From Acidimicrobiia bacterium (GTDB lineage: Bacteria; Actinomycetota; Acidimicrobiia; IMCC26256; JACDBD01), in assembly GCA_035938395.1 (NCBI GenBank), contig DASZGY010000023.1, forward strand, positions 5,340 through 69,339: a stretch of 64,000 nt of DNA, given 5' to 3'. Of the stretch, positions 1 to 8,539 are shown one piece after another. The notes beneath the pieces were generated by a model. It was not told where the DNA came from. It did not search any database and saw nothing but the letters and a program-made list of their open reading frames with translations. Position 1 is the stretch's first letter, and each line of letters opens with the position of its first letter. Both the position numbers and the translations under genes were made by a program.

Positions 1-189
1 GGGTCCCAGCGCGCTCCGCACCCCCGTCTCCTCCTCGACCTCGCGGAGCGCGGCTTCCTCGTCGGTCTCGCCCGGGTCGACCTTGCCCTTGGGGACGCTC
101 CAGTCGTCGTAGCGGGGCCGGTGCACGAGTGCGTACTGAGTGACCCCGTTCTTCGACCGTCGGCGCAGCACGCCGCCGCCCGCCCTCAC
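1..189 (-). CDS. NUDIX hydrolase (MutT-like), N-terminal part only; the gene runs off the left edge
   Basis: Minus-strand translation gives VRAGGGVLRRRSKNGVTQYALVHRPRYDDWSVPKGKVDPGETDEEAALREVEEETG, a Nudix box (GX5EX7REVXEEXG). The start is ambiguous: GTG at 189, CTG at 243 (CTGA overlap with the upstream stop) or GTG at 249. Confidence 0.8.
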   Translation of the reverse strand, partial: MRAGGGVLRRRSKNGVTQYALVHRPRYDDWSVPKGKVDPGETDEEAALREVEEETGVRSALGP

Positions 190-239
190 GAGCTGCTCCG
201 GCTCTGCGGGGCGGGGTCGCGACCGCCGACGCCAGAGCT

Positions 240-1730
240 TCAGAGCCACTGGCGCAGCTTCTTCTTGCTCGCCGCGTCCCACACCTCGCCCCACTCGCTG
301 CGGGTGCGTTCGATCTCGACGCGCTCGAGCGTCGCGAGCTGCCCGGCCACGAACACCTCGCGGCCGATCGTCGACGACGAGACATCGCGCAGCCACTGCT
401 CGGCGACGACGGCGTCCTGATGCTCGCCGAGCACCTCCTGGACGTCGGCGATCGCCTTCGCGAACGCACGGGCTCGCTTGCCGACCGCCGGCGCGACGGC
501 TTCGGCTGCGTAGCGACATCGCTTGGCCTTGATCCGGATGTGGTGGAGCTCCTCGTCGGCCGGATCGTCGGGAAGGTCGTCCACGGCGGTGCGCAGCTTC
601 TCCCACGGCTTGCTCACGAGCGGCGGCAGGACGTCGGCGGCGCGGTCGGCGGCCGCCGAAGGGACGAGCGCCGGCTCGCGTGCGGCTTCCACCAGGCGGT
701 CGAGGAGCTCGGCGTACTGCCTGCTCCCGAGCGCCTCGCGCAGATCGGCTCGCGCCGCGTCCCAACGCTGGAGCAGCCGCTGGATGATCTTCCTGGCGGT
801 TGCCTGATCGGCGGCGGGGAGGCGTTCGGCGTGGGAGCGCAGCCGGTCGAGCAGGACCTCGGTGTCGCGAACGGCGCCGAGGTCGGCGCCGATGGCCTTC
901 AGGTCCTGGCGCAAGGATTTCGTCCAGTCCGGATCGAGGAGGGAGTGGAACGTGCGGAGGTCGGACCGCAGGCGGCGCGTCGCCACCCGGGCTTGGTGGA
1001 CGTCTTCGGGATCGTCGCCGAGCCGGACGCCGGGGTCGTGGGCGATCAGTCGCGCGACCGACGCGGCCAGCGCGTTGCGGATCGCGTCGCCGGCCGACGG
1101 CGACGGCCCGAGACGCTGCACCGCGGTGACGTCGGGCGGCTCCAACGCTCGCCAACCGAGGGCGCGCACGATGTTGGGGTTCGAGTCGGGCGGCCCGGCG
1201 CCGGCGGCGCGCAGCCGGGAGACGATCGCTTCTACGAGACCTTCGGGCGCGGCGTCGTCGACCTCGACCTCGAGCTCCCGGAACCGGGCGGCGACGCGTC
1301 CGCGCGCCAGCACCGTCACCTCGTCGTCGAGCACTTCACCGAGCGACTTCTCGGACGCGTCGTGGAGCTCGACGCGTCGGCGGCGGGTCCGCAGGCGCGC
1401 GACCGGCGCGACCCGCGCCGTGCGCACGAGCGCCCGCACCAGGTCGACGGCCGCCGGCGGCGGCTGGTCCGCCGCCCCCTCGAAACGGTGCTCGTCGTGC
1501 GGGAGCTGGGGCCCGGTCGGGGTCTCGCGGCCGAGCGTCACAATCCAGCCCTCGTCGCCGCGGTACAGCAGCGTCACGCCGGCCCGGGCCAGTCGCAGGT
1601 CGGGCGTGTCGTGGTACGTCAGCTCGATCACGGTCGGCCCGGCCTCGTCGGCGGCGATCCCGTCCACGAGTCCGTTCAGCTGGGGAAGATGAAACCCAGG
1701 GGGCGACGAGAGGAACTCGTGCGAGCTCAC
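240..1730 (-). CDS. CYTH + CHAD domain protein (the type associated with polyphosphate granules)
   Basis: Real part of ORF 240..2903. It starts at GTG 1730 (VSSHEFLSSPPGF...). The N-terminal CYTH-like region is IELTYHDTPDLRLARAGVTLLYR. The C-terminal CHAD-like helical region is DPEDVHQARVATRRLRSDLRTF ... LHHIRIKAKRCRYAAE. The GTG overlaps the ppk stop (GTGA). Confidence 0.85.
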   Translation of the reverse strand: MSSHEFLSSPPGFHLPQLNGLVDGIAADEAGPTVIELTYHDTPDLRLARAGVTLLYRGDEGWIVTLGRETPTGPQLPHDEHRFEGAADQPPPAAVDLVRALVRTARVAPVARLRTRRRRVELHDASEKSLGEVLDDEVTVLARGRVAARFRELEVEVDDAAPEGLVEAIVSRLRAAGAGPPDSNPNIVRALGWRALEPPDVTAVQRLGPSPSAGDAIRNALAASVARLIAHDPGVRLGDDPEDVHQARVATRRLRSDLRTFHSLLDPDWTKSLRQDLKAIGADLGAVRDTEVLLDRLRSHAERLPAADQATARKIIQRLLQRWDAARADLREALGSRQYAELLDRLVEAAREPALVPSAAADRAADVLPPLVSKPWEKLRTAVDDLPDDPADEELHHIRIKAKRCRYAAEAVAPAVGKRARAFAKAIADVQEVLGEHQDAVVAEQWLRDVSSSTIGREVFVAGQLATLERVEIERTRSEWGEVWDAASKKKLRQWL

Positions 1731-3868
1731 GCCCGGGGTTCGACCGCGCGTGCGCGCTGAATGGCGAGCTCCTCCAGCTGACGCTGTGTGTTGACATCCG
1801 CAGTGCGCGGCACACGTTGCCATGTGCCATCGCTTTCGAGCTTCCATGCCAGCGTGTCGTCGGCCAGGTTGATCGTCAGGATCTCGTCGAGCCGGTCGCG
1901 CATTGCGGGCGCGGTCACCGGCACGAGTGCCTCGACCCGCCGGTCGAGGTTGCGCGGCATGAGGTCGGCGGATCCGATGACGTACTCGGCCGTGTGCGGG
2001 TCGGGACCGAACCGGTAGATGCGCGAGTGCTCGAGGAACTGTCCGACGATCGAGCGCACGTGGATCGTCTCCGAGAGGCCCGGCACTCCCGCGCGCAGGC
2101 AGCAGATTCCGCGCACGATGAGATCGATCGGTGTCCCCGCCTGTGACGCGCTGTACAAGGCGTCGATCATCTCGGGGTCGACGAGGCTGTTCATCTTCAT
2201 CGTGATGCGCCCGGCCGGCCCCAGCTCGGTTTGGCGCTCGATTCGCTTCAGGAGCTCGGGCCTGATCGTCACCGGTGCGACGAGCAGCTTGCGGTACTGG
2301 CCCTGTCGGCTGTACCCGGTGAGGTAATTGAACAGCTCGGTCAGGTCGGCGCCGAGATCCGGGTCCGCGGACAGCAGGCCGAGGTCCTCGTAGGTCATGG
2401 CCGTCTTGGGGTTGTAGTTGCCCGTGCCGACGTGGCAGTAGCGCCGGATGCCGTCGGGCTCCTGACGCACGATGAGGAGGATCTTCGCGTGCGTCTTGAG
2501 GCCGACCAGCCCGTACACGACGTGAATTCCCGCCTCTTCGAACAGCTGGGCCCGTTCGATGTTGGCCTGCTCGTCGAATCGTGCCTTGAGCTCGACGAGC
2601 GCGACGACCTGCTTGTCCTGCTCGGCGGCGTGGATGAGCGACCGCACGAGCCGGCTGTCGGGGCCCGCGGTGCGGTACAGCGTCTGCTTGATCGCGAGCA
2701 CCTGCGGGTCGCGCGAGGCCTGCTCGACGAACGCCTCGATGGACGTCGCGAACGAGTCGTACGGGTGGTGGACGAGGACGTCGCCCTGTTGGAGGACGCG
2801 GAACAGGTCGGGTGGCCCGTCGGCGCGGGCGAGGACGGGCTGGGTCTGCGGTGCCCACGGCTCGTCCTCCAGCTCCGGACGATCGAGGCCGTACAGCCCC
2901 CACAAGCCGCTGAGGCCCAAGGGGCCGTCGACCACGTAGACGTCGGAGTCGCCGAGCTCGAGCTCGCGGCAGAGGAGCTCCAGCACCTCGTCGCTCATCT
3001 TCCCGTCGACCTCGAGCCGGACGACGCGCCCGAACTTCGTGCGCCGGCGCAGGATGAGCTCCATCGCCTCGAGGAGGTCCTCGGCGTCGTCGGAGAGCTC
3101 GAAGTCGGCGTCGCGGGTGACCCGGAAGGGGTGGTGGGCGACGGACTCCATGCCCGGGAAGAGGCTGTCGAGATGCGCCGCGATCACCTGCTCGAGCGGA
3201 ACGAACCGCTCGCCGTCGGGGAGCACGAGGAAGCGGGGCAAGAGGGGGGGCACCTTGACGCGGGCGAAGCGCTCCTCACGGGTCACCGGGTCGCGCACCA
3301 CCACCGCAAGGTTCAGCGACAGGTTCGAGATGTACGGGAACGGGTGCGCGGGGTCGACCGCCAGCGGCGTGAGCACCGGGAACACGCGCTCGTCGAAGAC
3401 GCCGTGAAGGTGTTCCCGGTCCACCTCCGACAGCTCGTCCCAGTCGCAGAACCGGACGCCGGCCTCGTCGAGCGCGGGCGCGACCTCGCCGGTGAAGATG
3501 GCGGCCTGCCGTTCCATCATCGGCTCCACCCGGGCGCGGATCGCGCGCAGCTGCTCGGCGGCGTCGAGGCCATCGGGTGAGGTGGCGCGGATGCCGGCGT
3601 CGAGCTGCTCACGCAGCCCCGACACCCGAACCTGGAAGAACTCGTCGAGGTTCTGGCTGACGATGGCGAGGAACTTCACCCGCTCCAGGAGCGGGACGCT
3701 CGCGTCCGCCGCGAGAGAGAGCACGCGGCCGAAGTAATCGAGCGCGGAGAGCTCGCGGTTGAGGTACCGCGATTCGGGTTGGAGTTGGGTCGGGGGATCG
3801 ACAGCGGGCTCGACGGCGGGTGCGCTGCTGCCCTCGACCGACACATCGAGGCCGGCCATGGCCCACAT
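1727..3868 (-). CDS. ppk: polyphosphate kinase 1
   Basis: Taken from MWAMAGLDV... within ORF 1727..5605. PPK1 hallmarks: RYLNRELSALDYFGRVL, LLERVKFLAIVSQNLDEFFQVRV, LKTHAKILLIVR, GSADLMPRNLDRRVE. About 713 aa. The upstream ~570 codons of the ORF are Arg/Gly/Pro-rich read-through. Confidence 0.95.
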   Translation of the reverse strand: MWAMAGLDVSVEGSSAPAVEPAVDPPTQLQPESRYLNRELSALDYFGRVLSLAADASVPLLERVKFLAIVSQNLDEFFQVRVSGLREQLDAGIRATSPDGLDAAEQLRAIRARVEPMMERQAAIFTGEVAPALDEAGVRFCDWDELSEVDREHLHGVFDERVFPVLTPLAVDPAHPFPYISNLSLNLAVVVRDPVTREERFARVKVPPLLPRFLVLPDGERFVPLEQVIAAHLDSLFPGMESVAHHPFRVTRDADFELSDDAEDLLEAMELILRRRTKFGRVVRLEVDGKMSDEVLELLCRELELGDSDVYVVDGPLGLSGLWGLYGLDRPELEDEPWAPQTQPVLARADGPPDLFRVLQQGDVLVHHPYDSFATSIEAFVEQASRDPQVLAIKQTLYRTAGPDSRLVRSLIHAAEQDKQVVALVELKARFDEQANIERAQLFEEAGIHVVYGLVGLKTHAKILLIVRQEPDGIRRYCHVGTGNYNPKTAMTYEDLGLLSADPDLGADLTELFNYLTGYSRQGQYRKLLVAPVTIRPELLKRIERQTELGPAGRITMKMNSLVDPEMIDALYSASQAGTPIDLIVRGICCLRAGVPGLSETIHVRSIVGQFLEHSRIYRFGPDPHTAEYVIGSADLMPRNLDRRVEALVPVTAPAMRDRLDEILTINLADDTLAWKLESDGTWQRVPRTADVNTQRQLEELAIQRARAVEPRA

Positions 3869-4114
3869 GGTAGTTGCGTCTCCCCGTTGGTCCCTCGGCG
3901 CTTGGAACCAGGCGCAATCCCGCGGCGCTGCCACCGCGATGACGACGACCCACCGGCCCGGCGTGCGGGCCGGCGAGCCGCCGGCTCGTCGGCCGGCGGG
4001 GGGACCCGGCCGACGGAGCGCACGGGGAAGTGCGGAGACTCTGCCCTCCCCGGAGGTTGCCGCCGCAGACGGCAGGCAGCCGCGGAGCTGCACGGGTGAC
4101 GCTACCGACGAGAC

Positions 4115-5596
4115 ATGGCACGCAAATTGCCGCCGAAGGAACGGCGTGTGAACTCTCCCGTCCACCCGGCGCAGGCGGTGGCGGCCTATAACGTTGCTTC
4201 GGCCATGGCCACGGCACCGCCTCCTCGTCGCCCCCCGCATCCGGGGCCGACCGACCACCGCTTCGCCGAGCCCACGCCGTTCGCGCGTCTTGCGATCACC
4301 CACGCTGCGAGCATCTGCGGCGACGTCTGCCTGACCGTCTCGCTGGCCGGGTCCCTGTTCTTCTCCGTGTCTCCCGGCCAGTCGCGAGAGAAGGTCCTGC
4401 TGTACCTGATCATCACGATGGCGCCGTTTGCCGTGATCGCGCCATTGCTCAGCCCCCTCCTCGACCGGATCCGCGGGGGCAGGAGGTTGATGATCCTCGC
4501 CACGTGCGCGGTACGAGCGGTGCTCTGCCTCTTCATTGCGCGCTACGTGAATGCGAGCGGCGCCGAGGCCCTCCTGATCTACCCCCTGGCCTTCGGCCTG
4601 CTCGTGATGCAGAAGACGTACACGATCGCCCGGAGCGCGCTCGTGCCCTCGCTCGTCAGCGGCGAGCGCGAGCTCGTGACCGCGAACTCGCGCCTCGCGA
4701 TCATCGCCGTCGTCGGGGGCTTCGTCGGCGGCCTGCCGGCCATCGGCGTCTACAAGCTCTTCGGTGCCGAGGGGTCTCTGATCCTCGCCGCGCTCGTGTA
4801 CGCGCTCGCGGCGATGCTCTCGTGGCAGATCCCTCGCGTCGAACGCGAGCAGGTCGGGCCGGACACCGAGCTCGAGAAGGAGGAGCTGCACGCTCCGAGC
4901 ATCATCCTGGCCGGCAGCGCCATGGGTCTGCTCCGGGGCGCGGTCGGTTTCCTCACGTTCCTCCTCGCCTTCGGACTCCGCCACAACGACGAGGCGCCGT
5001 GGGTGTTCGGTCTCGTCCTCGTCCTGAGCGGCGTCGGCGGGTTCATCGGCAATCTCTTGGCGCCCCAACTGCGCAAGATCGCGCGCGAGGAGGTCATTCT
5101 CGCCGGCTCGCTCGTGCTCCCCGCGGTTGGGTGCTTGTTCGCGGCTCGCTCGGCTTCGCTCGCGATGACGACATTCGGGGCGTTGCTCATCGCCGCCGGC
5201 GCGGCCGCGGGACGCGTCGCCTTCGACAGCCTGCTCCAGCGCGACGCGCCCGACGCGATTCGAGGGCGCAGCTTCGCCCGCTTCGAGACGCGCTTCCAGA
5301 TCACGTGGGTGGCCGGCGCGTTGATCCCGGTTGCGATCCCGCCCGTCTACCAGGACCTCCGCATCGGCTTGTTCGTGCTCGCCATCGGCCTCGGTTTCGC
5401 GGGGCTGTCGTACATCGCCGGCATGCGCGCCGCTCGCGAAGCCGTCGCGCGCCGTCGCCGTCGTATGGAGCGCACCCGGGAGACGGTCGAGCGCGGCTTC
5501 CGAGCCGGGCTCGCGCGGTTGCGTCATCCGGGACGCCGTGCACGAACCGGCGGGGAGCCCTCCAAAGGCAGGGGAGAAATCGAGGCCGGCTCGTAA
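4115..5596 (+). CDS. polytopic membrane protein, MFS-like transporter
   Basis: Multiple hydrophobic helices throughout (LTVSLAGSLFFSV, LLYLIITMAPFAVIAPLL, LIYPLAFGLLVM ...) and a basic C-terminal tail. The start could be ATG 4115 or ATG 4205. The family call is by overall architecture only. Confidence 0.6.
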   Translation: MARKLPPKERRVNSPVHPAQAVAAYNVASAMATAPPPRRPPHPGPTDHRFAEPTPFARLAITHAASICGDVCLTVSLAGSLFFSVSPGQSREKVLLYLIITMAPFAVIAPLLSPLLDRIRGGRRLMILATCAVRAVLCLFIARYVNASGAEALLIYPLAFGLLVMQKTYTIARSALVPSLVSGERELVTANSRLAIIAVVGGFVGGLPAIGVYKLFGAEGSLILAALVYALAAMLSWQIPRVEREQVGPDTELEKEELHAPSIILAGSAMGLLRGAVGFLTFLLAFGLRHNDEAPWVFGLVLVLSGVGGFIGNLLAPQLRKIAREEVILAGSLVLPAVGCLFAARSASLAMTTFGALLIAAGAAAGRVAFDSLLQRDAPDAIRGRSFARFETRFQITWVAGALIPVAIPPVYQDLRIGLFVLAIGLGFAGLSYIAGMRAAREAVARRRRRMERTRETVERGFRAGLARLRHPGRRARTGGEPSKGRGEIEAGS

Positions 5597-5619
5597 CGAC
5601 GTCAACTAGACAAGAGGCC

Positions 5620-6849
5620 GTGGCGTCCGACTTCGTGCTTCGACCGGTCACGCGTGACGAGCTGCTCGGGTTCACGCGCACCCCCCTCATCGCCTTCGGC
5701 GAACGCATCGAGCCCGCGCGCCTGGAGCTCGATTGGTCGAGCCTCGAGCTCGACCGCACGCTCGCCGCGTTCGACGGCGACGAGATCCTCGGCACCGGTC
5801 GACTCTTCTCGTTCGAGCTGACCATGCCGGGCGGCCGGCTGCTGCCCGCCGCCGCCGTGAGCTGGATCGCCGTCCTGCCCACCCATCGGCGGCGCGGCAT
5901 TCTGACCGCGATCAAGAGCACCCAGCTCGACGACGCAGCCGAGCGCGGCGAGCCGCTGGCGATGTTGTACGCGTCGGAAGCCGGCATCTACCGACGGTTC
6001 GGGTACGGCGTATCGACCAGTTCGATGAGCGTGAGCGTCGCCCGGCGCCACGCCGCGTTCTTGCGGCCGGTCCCGGACGGGCGCATCCGCCTCGTCGAAG
6101 AGGATGACGCCCGCAAGCTGTTCCCCGAGATCTTCGACCGCGCCCGCCGCGTGCAGCCCGGCGCCGTCCAACGTGTGGACGCGTGGTGGCCCGACCAGTT
6201 CTTCTGGCCCGACCCCGAGGACAAGGGCACCCGCTTCTACTGCGTGTGCGAGTCGCCCGAAGGCGGGCTCGACGGGTACGCCGCCTATCGGTTCGAGGCC
6301 CGCTGGGGGAACGGACCCGAGGGGACGTTGCACGTCACCGATCTCGTCTCCGTGACGCCGGAGGCGCGCGCGGTGCTGTGGCGCTACCTGCTCGACGTGG
6401 ATCTCGTCGAGACGATCAAGGGGTGGGTCGTTCCCGTCGACGAGCCCTTGCGGTGGCTGCTGCGGGAACCGCGGCGGATGGAGGTCACGCGGCTCAGCGA
6501 GAGCCTCTGGGTGCGCGTGCTCGATGCGGCCGCCGCGCTGTCGGCGCGTACGTACGCGACGCCCGGGCGCGTCGTGTTCGAGGTCGTCGACGAGTTTCGT
6601 CCCCACGGAGGAGCTGCCGGCCGCGTCGCGCTCGACGGCGGGCCCGACGGCGCCGAGGCTCGCCGCACGAGCGACGATCCCGACCTGGTGCTCGACGTCG
6701 CCGAGCTGGGCGGGATCCTCCTCGGCGGCGTGCGCCCGTCCACATTGGCCCGCGCGGGGCTGGTCGACGAGCGAACTCGCGGCGCATTGGCACTCGCGGA
6801 CGCCATGTTCGCGGTCGAGCCGCTTCCGTTCTCCATGACCGATTTTTGA
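5620..6849 (+). CDS. Eis-like GNAT N-acetyltransferase with C-terminal SCP2-like domain
   Basis: GTG 5620 within ORF 4504..6849. The sequence VASDFVLRPVTRDELLGF ... SWIAVLPTHRRRGILTAI ... ASEAGIYRRFGYG shows the acetyl-CoA motif, followed by the long C-terminal region typical of Eis/UPF0256 proteins (~409 aa). Confidence 0.8.
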   Translation: MASDFVLRPVTRDELLGFTRTPLIAFGERIEPARLELDWSSLELDRTLAAFDGDEILGTGRLFSFELTMPGGRLLPAAAVSWIAVLPTHRRRGILTAIKSTQLDDAAERGEPLAMLYASEAGIYRRFGYGVSTSSMSVSVARRHAAFLRPVPDGRIRLVEEDDARKLFPEIFDRARRVQPGAVQRVDAWWPDQFFWPDPEDKGTRFYCVCESPEGGLDGYAAYRFEARWGNGPEGTLHVTDLVSVTPEARAVLWRYLLDVDLVETIKGWVVPVDEPLRWLLREPRRMEVTRLSESLWVRVLDAAAALSARTYATPGRVVFEVVDEFRPHGGAAGRVALDGGPDGAEARRTSDDPDLVLDVAELGGILLGGVRPSTLARAGLVDERTRGALALADAMFAVEPLPFSMTDF

Positions 6850-6862
6850 GGCCCGCCAAGGA

Positions 6863-6890
6863 GTCGCGCTGAGGTGTTCAGCAGCGCGAC
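6863..6890. terminator. hairpin downstream of the GNAT gene
   Basis: GTCGCGCTG (6863-6871) pairs perfectly with CAGCGCGAC (6882-6890) around a 10-nt loop. No T-tract follows. Confidence 0.35.
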
Positions 6891-6938
6891 AGCCAGAAGC
6901 CACCGTCCCTTCACCCGCGATCGTTACCGTCGTTGGTG

Positions 6939-8468
6939 ATGACGGAGAGTGAGGTCGGCACGATCGGCGAGCCGGTCGAGCCGGGCGACTGGATGCGCCG
7001 CCTCGCCGAGCACTACGCCGGCTTCCGCCGGAACTCTCCCGACGACCGGCTGCTCATCGTGTTCGACATCGACGGGACCATCCTCGACCTGCGTCACATG
7101 GTCCGCCACGTGCTCCTGGACTACGACCGTGAGCGCGGCACCGACTTCTTCCACGGCTTGAGCGCGGAGGACGTCGATGTGCACGAGAACCGCGTGGAGG
7201 AGTTCCTCAGCGGCCGGACCCTCCCGGCCGACACACGCGAGCAGGTGCTCGCCTGGTACCTCGACCGCCGGTGGCAGCCCGAATCGGTCCTCGCCGCCCA
7301 CCGCCCTTATCGCGGAGTGCTCGAGGTCATCCGGTGGTTCCAGCTCCAGCCGGCGACGTTCGTGGGCCTCAACACGGGGCGGCCCGAGTGGCTGCGAGAC
7401 GAGACGCTCCGGTCGTTGAACGCGCTCGGTCGGGAGTATCGGGTCGAGTTCTCGTCCGAGCTCCTCGTCATGAACGAGCGCGGCGGCGAGGACGACGTTC
7501 TCGACAGCAAGGTCGCCGGCCTCCGGCGCCTCGCCGACGCCGGCTACCGGCCGTTCGCGGTCGTCGACAACGAGCCCGCCGTCATCGCGGCGCTGGCCGA
7601 AGCCGACGAGAGCAAGGAGATCCTGTTCCTGCAAGCGCAGACGCTGTCGGAGTCCCGCCGGATGCCGACGCCGCGCACGGTGCGCGGCCGCTCGTACGAC
7701 CTCACCGCGCTCGTCGCCGAGGGCGACCTTCCGCATCACGTGCAACTCGTGTGGCACGGCGTCAACGACGAGGCCAACGTGCGTCAGTTCCTCGGGTCGC
7801 GGGTCCATTGGGCCGAGTGCGACGTGCGCCGCGACCCGCTCGGGCGCATCGTGCTCCGGCACGATTCGTTCGAGAGGACTCCGTGGAGCCGCTCCGAACC
7901 GGTGTTCCTGCTCGACGACCTCCTGGCGCGTCTGCACGAGTACGGGCGCGGCGTCAAGCTCGATCTGAAGGAAGGCGACGTGATCCTCGCCGATGTGCTC
8001 GCCGCCGTCGACGCCCACGGCTTCGAAGACTCCGACCTGTGGTTCAACGGCCGGATCGAAGCGCTCGGCGAGGACGGGATCGGCCGGATCGTCGCCGCCT
8101 GCCCCGACGCCATCGTGCAGTGCCCGGTCGACTTCCTCGCGCCGCTCGTGCTCGCCGCCCCCGCGCGCGCCTGGGACACGATCAAGCTGCTGATGACCTG
8201 GGGTGTCAACCGCTTCTCGGTCAGCTGGGCCGGGGAGCACGCTCGCGCGCTGCTCGAGTCCCTCGAGGACTTCGGCTGCGAGGTCAACCTGTACGCCGTG
8301 CCCGACCTCGAGGCCTTCCTGCGCGCCGCGCTGATGCTCCCGACCTCGATCACGACCGACTTCAACTTCCCGGCGTGGCACTACTTCGGGCGCGGCGCCG
8401 GCGAGCACCACAAGTACCACCGCTACAAGGTCGACGCCCTCGTTCCCCCCACCACCGACGTCGCCTGA
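6939..8468 (+). CDS. fusion protein: N-terminal HAD-superfamily phosphatase + C-terminal PLC/GDPD-like phosphodiesterase domain
   Basis: HAD motif I FDIDGTILD, motif II VGLNTGRP and motif IV-like VVDNEP. The C-terminal half shows an H...E.D...HD pattern: WHGVNDEANVRQFL..VHWAECDVRRDPLGRIVLRHDSF. TTG 6933, GTG 6936 and ATG 6939 are all possible starts. Confidence 0.7.
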   Translation: MTESEVGTIGEPVEPGDWMRRLAEHYAGFRRNSPDDRLLIVFDIDGTILDLRHMVRHVLLDYDRERGTDFFHGLSAEDVDVHENRVEEFLSGRTLPADTREQVLAWYLDRRWQPESVLAAHRPYRGVLEVIRWFQLQPATFVGLNTGRPEWLRDETLRSLNALGREYRVEFSSELLVMNERGGEDDVLDSKVAGLRRLADAGYRPFAVVDNEPAVIAALAEADESKEILFLQAQTLSESRRMPTPRTVRGRSYDLTALVAEGDLPHHVQLVWHGVNDEANVRQFLGSRVHWAECDVRRDPLGRIVLRHDSFERTPWSRSEPVFLLDDLLARLHEYGRGVKLDLKEGDVILADVLAAVDAHGFEDSDLWFNGRIEALGEDGIGRIVAACPDAIVQCPVDFLAPLVLAAPARAWDTIKLLMTWGVNRFSVSWAGEHARALLESLEDFGCEVNLYAVPDLEAFLRAALMLPTSITTDFNFPAWHYFGRGAGEHHKYHRYKVDALVPPTTDVA

Positions 8469-8472
8469 GCGT

Positions 8473-8537
8473 CCCTCGCGTTCTCGGAAGAAAAACCCTC
8501 GGTATGCGTGCCTTTTCGCGGCCGAGAACGCGAGAGG
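8473..8537. terminator. long hairpin between convergent genes (candidate bidirectional terminator)
   Basis: CTCGCGTTCTCGG (8475-8487) pairs perfectly with CCGAGAACGCGAG (8522-8534), and two further GC pairs follow after a 1-nt bulge. The interior is unusually AT-rich (aagaaaaaccc ... ccttttc) and contains a GAAAA/TTTTC sub-stem. Confidence 0.5.
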
Positions 8538-8539
8538 TT

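Noticed and set aside
4140-4175. PhoP/PHO-box-like direct repeats (GTGGAC...GTTCAC) in the ppk/MFS divergent region.
   Set aside because: Only one unit resembles GTTCAC, and the spacing to the second is 12 nt rather than 11. The site is ~280 nt from the ppk start and sits inside the possible MFS 5' coding region.
4504-5619. The long N-terminal extension of the Eis-like ORF (781 aa in total), which overlaps the MFS gene in another frame.
   Set aside because: The extension is Arg/Pro/Gly-rich low complexity. GNAT homology begins only at VASDFVLRPV (GTG 5620), just after the MFS stop.
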